Positions 1 to 12,990 of a stretch of DNA of 64,000 nt are shown here, piece after piece. The DNA comes from Balanoglossus misakiensis (Eukaryota; Animalia; Hemichordata), in contig CM082588.2 in NCBI GenBank assembly GCA_040954595.2, positions 9,284,844-9,348,843 of the forward strand, in the 5' to 3' direction. The translations under genes were made by a program, and so were the position numbers. Position 1 is the stretch's first letter. Each line of letters begins with the position of its first letter. Below the pieces are notes generated by a model that did not search any database, was not told the DNA's origin, and saw nothing but the letters and a program-made list of their open reading frames with translations.

Positions 1-220
1 CCACAAATTTTGATCTGTTAGTTTTCCGCACACATAGTTACAGAGCATTATTAAGCATAGTGGCCACTACTCTAGTCTTTAACAGTAGAACTAATTAACA
101 TAACAAATTAGCTGCTACTCTGTAAGAAATTTCTGGGGAGAACGCTGGTTACATGTATATGTATTACTAAGTGATGCATACATTACACTGAAGTATGTAT
201 TTCTTTCTCCACTATACTAG

Positions 221-417
221 GAAGGTGACTTAGATATTTATAAAAATATCCAACGAGTTGACGGCCTATATGAGATGAAAGCTGAAGTCACTGTACTGTT
301 TGTTGATTTCAACAAATGCCAAGCAACTTCCAACTTTCTTGTGGAAAAGTTAGACAACACAGTGACTGTATCACAACCACAGTTATTTCATAGTCACCAA
401 CGGCTAGAAATGCTCAG
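221..417 (+). CDS. IRAK1BP1: IRAK1-binding protein 1 (SIMPL domain), penultimate coding exon; earlier exons lie upstream of the window
   Basis: Acceptor tactag| at 220 and donor AG|gtaaga at 417. Translates EGDLDIYKNIQRVDGLYEMKAEVTVLFVDFNKCQATSNFLVEKLDNTVTVSQPQLFHSHQRLEMLR, recognisably similar to vertebrate IRAK1BP1 (MEAEV...NFLVEKLD.SV.IS.PQF.H). Its phase-2 end matches the next exon. Confidence 0.9.
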
Positions 418-781
418 GTAAGAAACGTCAAAATTTTCAAATTTTGTACTTGCAAGCATTTGTTACAGTTAAAGTGCGTTGGGCCCAGAGACAAACACTA
501 TTTGTGGGTGAGAAATAGTATCAGAGCTTCAAATAAACAGTATCAGGAAGAACACTGGGTAAAAATGTGCCCTCTATAAAGCCTATATGACGCGTCACTG
601 ACTCCACAAACTCACTGGTGACTCAAGAAAATTATCCACTATACCTGTAAAGGTTTGGGGCTGATTCAGAGAGGTTTTTAGAACTCCTCAAATTGACTCA
701 ACACTTTTAAAAAGTATGTTTTGTTAGAGGGCACACTAATAAATATATCAAAGTGGATTTTAAAGCAATTTTTGTGTTTAA

Positions 782-1056
782 AGGGACAAAGTCTCTCTCT
801 GGCTGCCCTGTTTTCCATTAATTATGTTTGATACAATACACCGTTTATGTTAATGTTCATGTTTATATGTAGTGAATGAACGTTCAGCTACATACAACTT
901 CCATCCTGCTTGTATGATTTGAAGTAAAAACTCGCCAAGAATGAACAAATGGTAGAAATTATTCATTTGGGTGAGTATTTTTAGAATAACATGAACAGTG
1001 TCTTGTATCAAGCATAATTAATGGAAATAGGGTAGCGAGAGAGAGACTTTGTCCCT
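782..1056. mobile_element. MITE with long imperfect TIRs (Kolobok-like) in the IRAK1BP1 intron
   Basis: AGGGACAAAGTCTCTCTCT...TTCCATTAATTATG versus CATAATTAATGGAA...AGAGAGAGACTTTGTCCCT; TTAA on the left. A one-ended copy lies at about 6200-6290. Confidence 0.7.
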
Positions 1057-1239
1057 TAGGGAAGTTGAAGGACACCTCTCCACAAGGGATGTGCGATCGG
1101 TAAAATTGAAAACATTGTCATTTCCTTTACTTGTGTATATTGGGATTCTCTTTTGTATTTATAATGAAAAATAAAATAATAAAATAAAGGGGTCATCGCA
1201 CTTGTTTTCAAAATACATCCCATTTAGGACAAGTTGTCT

Positions 1240-2329
1240 CAGTGTTTTCTCCAGTACGTGCGATCGCGCGATTCCCCCTCTTTTACACTTGAAGCGCCCC
1301 TTGTAACAAGTTCAGGGGGCGACAATCGCCCTTTCATGAGCAGCCCACCCGGCCAGTACATGCGCGTCCAAGCCTCCGTAGCATGCACCGTCAGTCAAAA
1401 CACTGGGAAAACGGCCGATATTACTGCGTGCTGGCCTATACATTTTAACTTCCCACCCCCCAAAACTATGTTGTAGATGACTTTCACATTCATTTACGTG
1501 TAATTTAGCTCCAGGGCTATAGTGTGCAATTGTTGGCACAGCCTATCTGGATACGGTCTAAATTTAGAGCACATGCTCTGCACTCAAGTGAACTTGTTGT
1601 TATGGCGACTTTTGAAATTGGGTTGGCAGGTAACAATTTTATGCAAATTAAAGAAACTGCCTTCATGCCATGACGATTATCAAGAATGTATCAGTTTTCC
1701 ATGACCTTGATTTCTTACTTAGGAAGGAAAGTCATTCAATATGTACAGAGACTGTTTATTTGAGCAGTGTGCCTAGCCACAGATGGGGAAGTGTAGGCAG
1801 AAATCTGAAGAAATGTATAACTCTTCAATTTATTTAACTATTAATGGTTTCACAATCTAATATTTTGGCAGCTAAACAAGAATTTTTTTTCTCAGGTATA
1901 GAATTAAAGAAAGACACTATTGTTTTAGCAGTTGCATTTATTTTATTCATTTAACTCTACTTGCCAGGGGAGCAGTTAATCAGTCACTCTCCTACCACTT
2001 GTGTAATTAATTTCAGGAGAGTTATTTTCAGCTCTCCAGCATTTTTTTAAATTACTTGCCCTGAAAGTTATGCAAGCTGTTCCTCTGCAAAATCTACTAA
2101 TTTAAAGTAGAAAAAAACTTTAACTGTTAATATGTTGTCAAGTTCACATGTAAAATGATTATGTTGTAATTTACTTATGCTGTTTTTAATATGGAATGAA
2201 GGCAGTTAGTAAGTTCATTCCTTGATGTTTACCTAATTAACATAAATTATGCAAATCATGATTCCCCCCTTAATTTTGGACTAAGGGGGGACATTCCCCC
2301 CTTCTCTCAACATCCTGGAGAAAACACTG
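1240..2329. mobile_element. Non-autonomous TIR DNA transposon (hAT-like CAG ends) with a 7-bp TSD
   Basis: 15-bp TIR CAGTGTTTTCTCCAG / CTGGAGAAAACACTG, flanked by GTTGTCT at 1233-1239 and 2330-2336. Confidence 0.8.
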
Positions 2330-2574
2330 GTTGTCTGCTCTCAGAGGTGTCTTGACTACCTGGAGTGTGGGAATTTCTGCACCATATTTAATTCCTATAT
2401 ACATGTACATTGCCTGTTGATCTGAAGTTTGTTTGGGTTAAAGGTTTACATAGGTGATCGTTAATCAAGATGTTAAGAAACAGGTTTCACTGGAAATGCT
2501 TTTCTAAGCAAAGAAATGTTTATCCAGGTATCATAAACAATTTATCAAAGATTAATTGTATACAACTTAAAACT

Positions 2575-2717
2575 CAGTGTTCTTCTGAAAAATTTCTGAT
2601 AGCATGGCGACTAATCTGCATAACATTATAATCAATTGTTGTTAATTGAATTCGGTTGTCTTCTCAAAATTAAAGAGTGGTGGCCACCATGCTTTAATTG
2701 CTCTAGGGAGAATACTG
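2575..2717. mobile_element. Small degenerate hAT-like MITE
   Basis: CAGTGTTCT...AGAATACTG ends, with flanks AAAACT / AAAACC. Confidence 0.45.
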
Positions 2718-2763
2718 AAAACCATATCTTGTACTGTCTCTAAAATTACTCTTTTCATCTCAG

Positions 2764-3058
2764 ACGCCAAGCCTGTCTCACGGCTGTACGGAATGCTAAA
2801 CAGAAGGCCATAGAAGTTGCAAGACTACTGCGCCAGTCATTGGGTCGACCCTTAATGGTGAGAGAAGACTACAGCCATGAGTGGGAAGGCCCATCTGCTA
2901 ATGAAGTGCCTCAAGACAACGAAGTCCCGGTCAGTTTTCAACAGAGGGTTGCCAATGCCACCATAACTGTCAGTGTCAAAGTGTTTGCTGCCTTTGAATT
3001 GAAACCCAAAGAAAAAGGCAAACAGCTGGAGAGCACATTGCTTGAAGCCAATGCGTGA
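2764..3058 (+). CDS. IRAK1BP1: IRAK1-binding protein 1, last coding exon
   Basis: Acceptor ttttcatctcag|. In frame with the previous exon: RRQACLTAVRNAKQKAIEVARLLRQSLGRPLMVRE...EWEG...QQRVANATITVSVKVFAAFELKPKEK...stop. Matches the IRAK1BP1 C-terminus (RRQACL.AV.NA..KA.EV; ATI....KVF..FE). Confidence 0.9.
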
Positions 3059-3402
3059 AACCTTGGATTAGAATGGAGGACCACGGTACAAGCAGAACAA
3101 TTTTTGAAAACAACCACTGGTGACAGTTACTCCGACCACATTTCTCACACTCGGGGATATTCTGTCCCACACTCTCCTGTGGTTCATGTGGGACAAAAAA
3201 TCCCCCACTTGTGTGAGAAATATGATCCCAGGTCCTTGGGCGTGTGAGATTCTATTATTCACTCAGTTATTTCTTGTTCTTTTGTACCATTGGTCCCTAT
3301 CCATCTTTGACTCAATATTTGTTTACAAACTTGTCTTGTCTGTAGTCGTCTGATTCTCAAACATTCCTCAACTGATTTCATTGGAACATGGCAAGATACA
3401 AT

Positions 3403-3408
3403 AATAAA
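3403..3408 (+). terminator. Candidate polyadenylation signal of IRAK1BP1
   Basis: AATAAA about 345 nt after the stop codon, followed by T-rich sequence. Confidence 0.4.
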
Positions 3409-4469
3409 ATGTTCATTTTTCTTACTTCATTACATATATGTTACTAGGCAGCCATTTTTGGGTGGTTACATTCATGTATATGTTCTCTAATGTAACATTG
3501 TTCTCCCAAGATCAATTACAAAGAATTGTCCAATACCATACTTGGAAATCAGGCTAAACTCATTAGCATAACAACCAATTGTACTGTTATGCAAAATAGC
3601 TAATGCTGTATTGAAATTCCTGGGAGAGCAAACGTATCTGCTGTGACACTGAATTCTTCTAAAAAGCTTTGATCTAAGCAAAATTAAGAAAATCATTATG
3701 TACAAAATTTGAAAAGCCTAGGACAATTAATGAAAAATGGTATGTGCAATTTTGATTAAGAAATGTATGTGATCAAAGAAAATTCCAGTCTTTATTTTTA
3801 AAAAACAGAAATCTGTATTTTTGGTAATATTTTGATATTGTTGCCTGTATATCTTTAATTCTATGTAATTGTTATTTTTTCATAACGATACAAAATATAT
3901 TTTGATTAAGCTTTTGATAATGTTAACATGTGAATCAAAATTATGTTAGTGGAGTTTTATTCATGTGATTAGTAACACTATTCCTAAATGGAAATATACC
4001 ATTATCTTAAAAGATGAATTTCCAGTAAACATTATTTTTTTGGTAACATGCTTACTGTTTAAATTTGAATTGAAAAGGATTGATTATATCAAATTATCAC
4101 TTCAGAAATGTCTGTGGGTTTTTGAAGATGATGATCTTCTGGTGGTTTGAGCACATCTCATCTCACCACACAACTCCATTCCAAAGTTATGCAAAACTTA
4201 TCCTTTAACAACCACTTAAAAATTTGTAGGGCAAATTGGTTGGAGGTGGGGGTGGGGGGCAGTAAATACATGATTTCTCAGAAACTGCTCATTTGATTGT
4301 GTTGAAATTTGGTTTGTTCCGTCCTGTTGATTCTCTGTAATGATTTATGAAATGTTATGACAGAATAGTAATTTTGATTTTCAATGCCTTTTCTGTCAGT
4401 TCCCTCTTTAGAGGTCCAGTCTTGCCATAGAAAACATGGAGTTTTGGACTGCACCATGGTGGTGAAAGG

Positions 4470-4931
4470 GATTATGAGGTTATTACGAAAATACCGCAAA
4501 GTATGCACAAGGACATTAGCGCCAAGTATCGCCCGACGCGCAGCGGAGGGCGATGCGCTGCGCTAATGTCCGAGTGCATACTTTGCGGTATTTTCGTAAT
4601 AACCTTATTATTATACATCTTACATCTCCGTTAGTTCTTGTTTGGCATGTTACTTGGCTTTCAAAACGCCCAAAATGCCGATACAATCGATCGAAAACTG
4701 CTCAGTTGACTCAGTGAGCAGCCATCTTTGTTTTTTGTTTACGTGTGCGCACGTGCGTTGGAACAGGGGCGCCTTGAAACCGTCCGCATAACAACACATA
4801 CCTGTACACGGTGAGTTTGGGACGCCATGAAACTAAGGCTTATTTAACGCGCGTTCCGTACGTAACGTTCCGTATGGCTTTTTATTGCATGCCAAAATCT
4901 ATTGTTCTCGGCACTAGATGTATAATGATTA
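4470..4931. mobile_element. Hairpin-headed non-autonomous element (Crypton-like architecture)
   Basis: About 130-bp palindrome at 4477-4605 (AGGTTATTACGAAAATACCGCAAAGTATGCAC...GTGCATACTTTGCGGTATTTTCGTAATAACCT). Second inverted pair TTATACATCT / AGATGTATAA. GATTA direct repeat at both ends. Confidence 0.6.
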
Positions 4932-6522
4932 CTTTTATTTTAGTTTCATACTTGTCTTTTCTTGCATTGTAATTGTATGTAATAATTTCTAACTCAGATA
5001 GTACAAATGACTGTGAATGGAATGAAAAATATAATGTACTGCAGAAAATGAATTTAAGACACTTCTTTGTTATGTATAAAAAACAAACATATTTTTTCAA
5101 TTAAATACTTGAAATAATTTTTTGTATCTGAAAAGATTTGCTTTTGATTTGCCCATGTCTTTGTAATTGTCAAAGCACTTCTCTCATGTAATGCAGTCTT
5201 GCAAGATTACTTCCTATTGACCAATTTAAAAAAAATCACTCTACACAACAAGTGCATGTTGTATAACTAAGGCTTTGTGAATGACTCTGTGAATCAAGAA
5301 TCTGCTAGTAAGCTTGGTGAAGTGTACAACTATAGCCCCCCCCCCCTCTCTCCCCGCTCTCCATCTCCCCCTCTCTCTCTGACAGACAGACTGACTGTAT
5401 GTATGTATGTATGTAACCATTGTACGCATGAGGAGTTTTTGTCAACTTTTGGTAACAAAAATTGCCTCCTGTGTTCACACATGGCCCTGTGGGAGCTACT
5501 GTTATTCTGATTTCTGGGTGTCTGCTTTTGTCCATAGAGGACACCCTGATACTCAGGAAAGGGGACTAAAGGATTGGCATGATCTTTTGACATGATACAC
5601 AATATGAACTCATTCGAACATTTTCGTCGAAAGTCGCTTGATTCTCGCGGCTTCGTCGCTCGTGGCGCACTTTGTGTGGTTATGCCATTGAAGGATAAAG
5701 CGAGGTCTGGCTATATTACGTAGATCGTCACTTTGATTTTGATATTACATTAGTAAAGTGATATACTTTTGGGGGAAAACACAACTTTTCTCGTGTCTGT
5801 TTAACCTTTAAATGTTCCGTGTTAAAACGCAAACAAGAAAACTTTAGTGCAATAAGTCGAACCGAGCACTTTCTCACAATTACCAAAATACCCTAGTTTA
5901 CAATTACCAAATAATCTACCTATGTTTCATGTTTCATTGTACGAGCTAATGAAAGTGTTTCAAAGTCTTCATAAAAGTGACTGAATGTTGTACTATATTA
6001 CGACTGTTGTGATCATTTTTCGTCTCGGTAAATTCAAGCCCGGACATAAAATCAACATATTCAATTTGGTTCTGTTAGTTAGCTCAATATTTATTATTAC
6101 GCCACAATTATGGGAGTTCAAAGCAGTCGCAAGCTCCGTAAGCTAAATATATATTGAAGAGACTGTCAAACATTTTGTAATTTTATGTCATACGCCCACT
6201 TAAAGGGATAAAGTCTCTCTCTCGCTACCTTTTTCCATTAATTATGTTTGATACAAGACACCGTTAATGTTATTGTACATGTGGATAAATTTTGTGAACA
6301 CGCCAGCATATGATTCTGGTAACTCACAGTCACGAGGTGGTAAAGACGGCTGCTATGGCCCGATTATAGGCCTGGCCATAGGTGTAATATATCAAACCTC
6401 ATGCTAACAGTCACGTGACCGGTTTATATTTTTTCAGAGCACTCCGGTTTATATTGATTCTGGCGAATCACGACACAGTATTAGCATGAGGTATATTATA
6501 GTACTTGCATACATTCTGATAA

Positions 6523-7850
6523 CGAGACGGCGTTTGGAAGCAACCATGGATATTTTAGAACAAACAGTCGATCTACAGAGTCTACCGGAAAACTTTCTTA
6601 TTCGCTCGGGCCTGTGTGTTCTACGCATCACAACGGAATATGCAAATAAGGAGACGGTGATTGGAAGCAACCATGGATATTTTAGAACAAACAGTCAATC
6701 TACAGAGTCTACCGGAAAACTTTCTTATCCGCTCAGGCCTGTGTGTTCTACGCATCACAACGGAATATGCAAATAAGGAGACGGTGACTGGAAGCAACCA
6801 TGGATATTTTAGAACAAACAGTCAATCTACAGAGTCTACCGGAAAACTTTCTTATCCGCTCGGGCCTGTGTGTTCTACGCATCACAACGGAATATACAAA
6901 TAAGGAGACGGTGACTGGAAGCAACCATGGATATTTTAGAACAAACAGTCGATCTACAGAGTCTACCGGAAAACTTTCTTATTCGCTCAGGCCTGTGTGT
7001 TCTACGCATCACAACGGAATATGCAAATAAGGAGACGGTGACTGGAAGCAACCATGGATATTTTAGAACAAACAGTCGATCTACAGAGTCTACCGGAAAA
7101 CTTTCTTATCCGCTCGGGCCTGTGTGTTCTACGCATCACAACGGAATATGCAAATAAGGAGACGGTGACTGGAAGCAACCATGGATATTTTAGAACAAAC
7201 AGTCAATCTACAGAGTCTACCGGAAAACTTTCTTATTCGCTCAGGCCTGTGTGTTCTACGCATCACAACGGAATATGCAAATAAGGAGACGGTGACTGGA
7301 AGCAACCATGGATATTTTAGAACAAACAGTCGATCTACAGAGTCTACCGGAAAACTTTCTTATTCGCTCAGGCCTGTGTGTTCTACGCATCACAACGGAA
7401 TATGCAAATAAGGAGACGGTGACTGGAAGCAACCATGGATATTTTAGAACAAACAGTCGATCTACAGAGTCTACCGGAAAACTTTCTTATCCGCTCGGGC
7501 CTGTGTGTTCTACGCATCACAACGGAATATGCAAATAAGGAGACGGTGACTGGAAGCAACCATGGATTTTTTAGAACAAACAGTCAATCTACAGAGTCTA
7601 CCGGAAAACTTTCTTATTCGCTCAGGCCTGTGTGTTCTACGCATCACAACGGAATATGCAAATAAGGAGACGGTGACTGGAAGCAACCATGGATATTTTA
7701 GAACAAACAGTCGATCTACAGAGTCTACCGGAAAACTATCTTATTCGCTCTCAGGCCTGTGTGTTCTACGCGTCACAACGGAATATGCAAATAAGGAGAC
7801 GGTGACTGGAAGCAACCATGGATATTTTAGAACAAACAGTCAATCTACAG
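6523..7850 (+). repeat. 127-bp tandem satellite, segment 1 (about 10.5 monomers)
   Basis: Monomer ...GGAAGCAACCATGGATATTTTAGAACAAACAGTCGATCTACAGAGTCTACCGGAAAACTTTCTTATTCGCTCRGGCCTGTGTGTTCTACGCATCACAACGGAATATGCAAATAAGGAGACGGTGACT. ORF-track starts recur every 127 nt. Confidence 0.98.
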
Positions 7851-10800
7851 GTCTGAGGTCGCGCTACGTGCTGCACCCACTGCTTTTAGTCTCTCCAGTT
7901 TTTGTCATTTTAAACGTGTTTTTCGCACCTTCGCCGTTATATTCCTGCTCGAGTTGGTTTATGAATGTCTGGACCCTACCCTACAACTTTTACTGACATC
8001 TCAACTTTCCTGCTTTTGGAACTACAGTGGTTTTTAGTTTACTTTCGCCGGTCTCAGTATTTCAATAGTCGCCATCTTTCCAAGTCATGCCTCCACCAGT
8101 GTATACTGCTGCCACCTTGATGAACATCGGTAAGAATGTCATGAATGACCGCCTATTGTCCAGGATAACTATCACCTTATGGAACAAGCTCAAAGATTTG
8201 AACTTATGTAAGACTCTGAATACCAAAAGAGGCTGCTTTGCAGGCAGACAAAAGAAACGATGCATCTCAACACGAATAACGCCGTATCACCTGTTCAACA
8301 AATGCAGAATAGCCAATCAGTGTTCCCGTGTTACTTATGGTAATCTCCTCAGGATTCCTACTACTGAATATTCAAATAGCCATGGCGAACTACTGCATAA
8401 CAATAATCAGTCTCAGACTGGTTTTGTTCCAGCGAAAGACAAATCACACAATATTCCAGTCGACTTATCTCCTGTCACGAAGCCATCCATCGATCAGCAT
8501 CCAAGAAATGTTCTACGCTGCGCCTTCATGAACTGTCGATCATTGTGCAATAAATCCACAGCTATCAACGATTTCCTGCAAGACTGTCATTTGGATGTTT
8601 TAATGCTTGCTGAAACGTGGCTTCGTGACGATGACAGTGATTCATCCCTCATCAATGAAACTCTGCCACCAGGCTATAGCATCATCAGTGTTCCGCGTAA
8701 AGGTCGTGGGGGGAGGCATCGCTACGATTTTTAAATCTTCACTGTTAGTGTCACAATGTCCACCTTCTACCTCAATCAAGTCGTTTGAATTAATGGAGGT
8801 ACGTATAAAAACTCCATCGTCGCATATCACACTAGCCACGGTTTACCGTCCTCCTCCGAATAAAACAAATGGTTTCACTGTTGATGACTTCGTTAATGAC
8901 TTCACTGACTTCTTGTCTTCTCATCTCACCAACAACGCCCCTCTTGTCATCACTGGCGACTTCAATTTTCATATTGACAATCTGAACTGCCCAAATGCCC
9001 GGAAATATCATGACATTCTGGAGTCGTTTTCTATGAGTCAATTGATAACTTCTCCTACACATCGTGCTGGCCATACTATTGACCATATCATTACTCGTGC
9101 TGATGACAGTACCATCGCTGATGTCCGAGTTGAACCGATCCATGCGATCTCTGATCATTTCCCAGTGTTATTCTCAATACGCAATTACTCTTACGTTAGA
9201 AACACGCGTAAATCTGTTACATCAAGGGATATGAAATCCTTTTCCGCTAATGGTTTCGCTGCTGAATTATTTGCATCCATCCGCCTTCAACCCGATGCTG
9301 ACGTATCTACTAATTGGGATTTGCTTAAAAACACTGTTAGCGATATATTTGATCGCCATGCACCAACCCGTGTGAGACTAGTGCCAAATAGGCGACCAGT
9401 GCCATGGATTAATCAGTCAATCATCGATGCCCGGTTGAAAAGAATGAAGGCAGAAAAAATGTGGAGAAAATCTAGGCTGGAAGTACATCGCCAGATTTAC
9501 AGGGCCTGTCGGACCGACGTCGTTCGCCTTGTGGATGCTGCTAAAAAGAACCATTATGTCGGCCTTGTTGACGAGTGCTCAGGTAACCAAAAACAATTAT
9601 TCAAGGTCGTAAAGGGACTGCTTGGTCACAATAACACATCCACTGTACTACCAAAACATGATGATTCTCTGGAATTAGCAAATCGTTTTGCAAAATTCTT
9701 CATTAATCGCGTAAAATCACTAACTATAAATATGGGCAATTCCATTCGACATCATTCACAACCACAAGCTGAATTGAAATCCGATTGTCGCCTTAATGCC
9801 TTTGAGCCTACAACAGCTGATGAAATTGACAAGGTTATTCGTGCATCGCCTTCATCTACTTGTCGCCTTGATCCGATTCCTACCAAGATCTTCAAACATT
9901 CTGACATTTTACAAGTTTTGTTACCACATATCACAGAAATCTTCAATAACTCTCTGCAGTATGGTGCTGTACCTCCTCATTTCAAGGAAGCCATCGTTAA
10001 ACCTCTACTTAAAAAGCCATCTCTTGATCATGAAGTTCTCAAAAATTTCCGTCCTGTATCCAACCTGCCGTTTTTGTCGAAGATCCTGGAACGTATTGTT
10101 GCCAAGAGACTGACTTCTCACATTGTCAACCATTCATTGGACGAGCCTTTGCAATCTGCTTACAAGCCAGGACACAGTACTGAGACTGCTCTCCTCAAAG
10201 TAACAAATGACATTTTGCTTGCTCTTGATGAAAAAAGAGATGTTTTCTTGGTATTACTCGATCTTTCCGCAGCATTTGACACTGTGAACCATACCATTTT
10301 ACTCAATCGCTTAAGAGACCGCTTCGGTCTCTCAGATACTGTTCTCATGTGGTTTAAGTCATACCTTTCCAATCGTAGTCAGTGTGTACTTGTAAATTCC
10401 ACCCAATCACCTTTCTATCCGCTCGACACTGGGGTACCACAGGGATCAGTTCTTGGTCCCATACTTTTCAATATGTACACGTCTCCATTAGGTGAATTAG
10501 TTCAAAGTCATGGTTGTCTTTATAGTTTTTATGCAGATGACTCTTCACTTTATATGTCTTTTAGTAAAGACAACGCAGCAAGAACTGTTTCAAATCTTGA
10601 ACTTTGTATTTCTGATGTTAGGTTTTGGATGTCTGAAAACTTCTTGTGCTTAAACGATGATAAGACTGAATTTGTTATTTTCTCTGGTATTTTGGGTGAT
10701 CTGTCTGCTAGAGGGATTTCAGAAATTCGTGTTGGCGATTCTCTGATTCCCGTCCATTGTCAGGCTAAGAGCCTTGGAGTGATCCTTGACTCTTGTCTGA

Positions 10801-11484
10801 CAATGAAGCCACATATTGGACAGATCTGCCGCTCTGCCACTTTTCATTTACGTCGCATTGCGCTTATCCGCAAATATTTATCTCATTCAGCTACAGAGCA
10901 ATTAGTTCATGCATTCATTACGTCTCGAATTGATTCATGTAATTCACTTTTATTTGGGCTCCCGAAGTATTCAATCAACCGTATCCAACGCGTTCAGAAT
11001 ATTGCTGCTAGAATTGTAACTCGTTCTAAAATCACCTGTCACATCACTCCAATTTTGTATCAGTTGCACTGGCTACCTGTTACAGAGCGTATTGTTTTTA
11101 AGATGTTAGTTCTCATTTTTAAATCCATTCATAAACTTGGTCCAATCTATCTTTCTAGCATGACTAATCTATATGTTCCATGTCGCAATTAAAGGTCAGC
11201 TGATCAGTTCAAACTCTGCCCTGTTCGATCACGCACCAAGAGTTATGGTGATCGTGCTTTTACTGTTGCTGCTCCAATTCTTTGGAATAATCTTCCACTC
11301 ACCATTCGCCAGGCACCAGACTTATCTGTTTTTAAATCAAATGTTAAAACTTTACTTTTTAAATCTGTTTTTTAGCCATTTGTTGTATTGTACTTTTGCT
11401 TTAAGCGTCATTGATCACATTTTTTTGTGGATACTGACGCTATACAAATAAATTATTATTATTATTATTATTATATTATTATAT
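7851..11484 (+). mobile_element. Non-LTR retrotransposon, L2/CR1 group, apparently single-ORF and near full length
   Basis: APE and RT coding region; 3' stem AGCGTCA...TGACGCT then ATACAAATAAA and a (TAT)n tail. TACAG is duplicated at 7846-7850 and 11485-11489, and the satellite resumes in register. Confidence 0.95.
8087..11375 (+). pseudogene. LINE ORF (AP endonuclease + reverse transcriptase) with one frameshift and one nonsense codon
   Basis: APE motifs NCRSL, AETWL, YRPP, GDFN, TIDHI, SDH. RT motifs FRPVSNL, LDLSAAFDTV, GVPQGSVLGP, YADD. Extra G in the G6 run at 8708-8713. TAA at 11190-11192, after which the frame continues RS...YGDRAFTVAAPILWNNLP...FKSNVKTLLF to TAG at 11375. Confidence 0.92.
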
Positions 11485-12020
11485 TACAGAGTCTACCGGA
11501 AAACTTTCTTATTCGCTCAGGCCTGTGTGTTCTACGCATCACAACGGAATATGCAAATAAGGAGACGGTGACTGGAAGCAACCATGGATATTTTAGAACA
11601 AACAGTCAATCTACAGAGTCTACCGGAAAACTTTCTTATTCGCTCAGGCCTGTGTGTTCTACGCATCACAACGGAATAAGCAAATAAGGAGACGGTGACT
11701 GGAAGCAACCATGGATATTTTAGAACAAACAGTCAATCTACAGAGTCTACCGGAAAACTTTCTTATTCGCTCGGGCCTGTGTGTTCTACGCATCACAACG
11801 GAATATGCAAATAAGGAGGCGGTGACTGGAAGCAACCATGGATATTTTAGAACAAACAGTCGATCTACAGAGTCTACCGGAAAACTTTCTTATTCGCTCA
11901 GGCCTGTGTGTTCTACGCATCACAACGGAATATGCAAATAAGGAGACGGTGACTGGAAGCAACCATGGATATTTTGGAACAAACAGTCGATCTACAGAGT
12001 CTACCGGAAAACTTTCTTAT
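11485..12020 (+). repeat. 127-bp satellite, segment 2
   Basis: Same monomer, about 4 copies. Confidence 0.97.
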
Positions 12021-12317
12021 TCTTTACTATCAATCACGTGATCTGGCAATGTGTCACATGGCGCAGTCATTTCCAGATGACGGGCAAGCAATATTTCGGC
12101 ATCCAGTAAAAGTTTTTCCGAGTATGTTTTTACTTTAGAACCGCCAAACACATAACATGTATCGGGTATGTTGCCTCATCAGCCTCATTGCATTCCGTCT
12201 GCACAGTCTTTGTCTGCACCACGTAAGTCCACGTTGCTGAAGTTGCCCGTCATCTGGAAATCTGAACGCGAACGTAACTGCCACCTGAACGCGTCTGACG
12301 TCATTTGATAGCGAAGA
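12021..12317. mobile_element. 297-bp non-coding insertion with imperfect TIRs and an apparent AT duplication
   Basis: Left end TCTTTACTATCAATCACGTGA versus reverse complement of the right end TCTTCGCTATCAAATGACGTCA. The target CTT-AT-TCGC becomes CTTAT[element]ATTCGC. Confidence 0.8.
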
Positions 12318-12823
12318 ATTCGCTCGGGCCTGTGTGTTCTACGCATCACAACGGAATATGCAAATAAGGAGACGGTGACTGGAAGCAACCATGGATATTT
12401 TAGAACAAACAGTCGATCTACAGAGTCTACCGGAAAACTTTCTTATTCGCTCGGGCCTGTGTGTTCTACGCATCACAACGGAATATGCAAATAAGGAGAC
12501 GGTGACTGGAAGCATCCATGGATATTTTAGAACAAACAGTCGATCTACAGAGTCTACCGGAAAACTTTCTTATTCGCTCGGGCCTGTGTGTTCTACGCAT
12601 CACAACGGAATATGCAAAGAAGGAGACTGTGACTGGAAGCAACCATGGATATTTTAGAACAAACAGTCGATCTACAGAGTCTACCGGAAAACTTTCTTAT
12701 CCGCTCGGGCCTGTGTGTTCTACGCATCACAACGGAATATGCAAATAAGGAGACGGTGACTGGAAGCATCCATGGATATTTTAGAACAAACAGTCGATCT
12801 ACAGAGTCTACCGGAAAACTTTC
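12318..12823 (+). repeat. 127-bp satellite, segment 3
   Basis: Same monomer, 4 copies. Confidence 0.97.
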
Positions 12824-12990
12824 GTCTTGACTCCACTGCCATACAGTAGCCCTCTCTCACACATTGTTGCATAGTAACACTAATCACAGACGACCAAAAT
12901 ATGGTGACAGCCAGACCAAAGAGCAGTCGGCCTTGACATAGAAATAAAGAACGGGAGGTGGCACTGAGAAAATACAGCAACTGTATAAAT

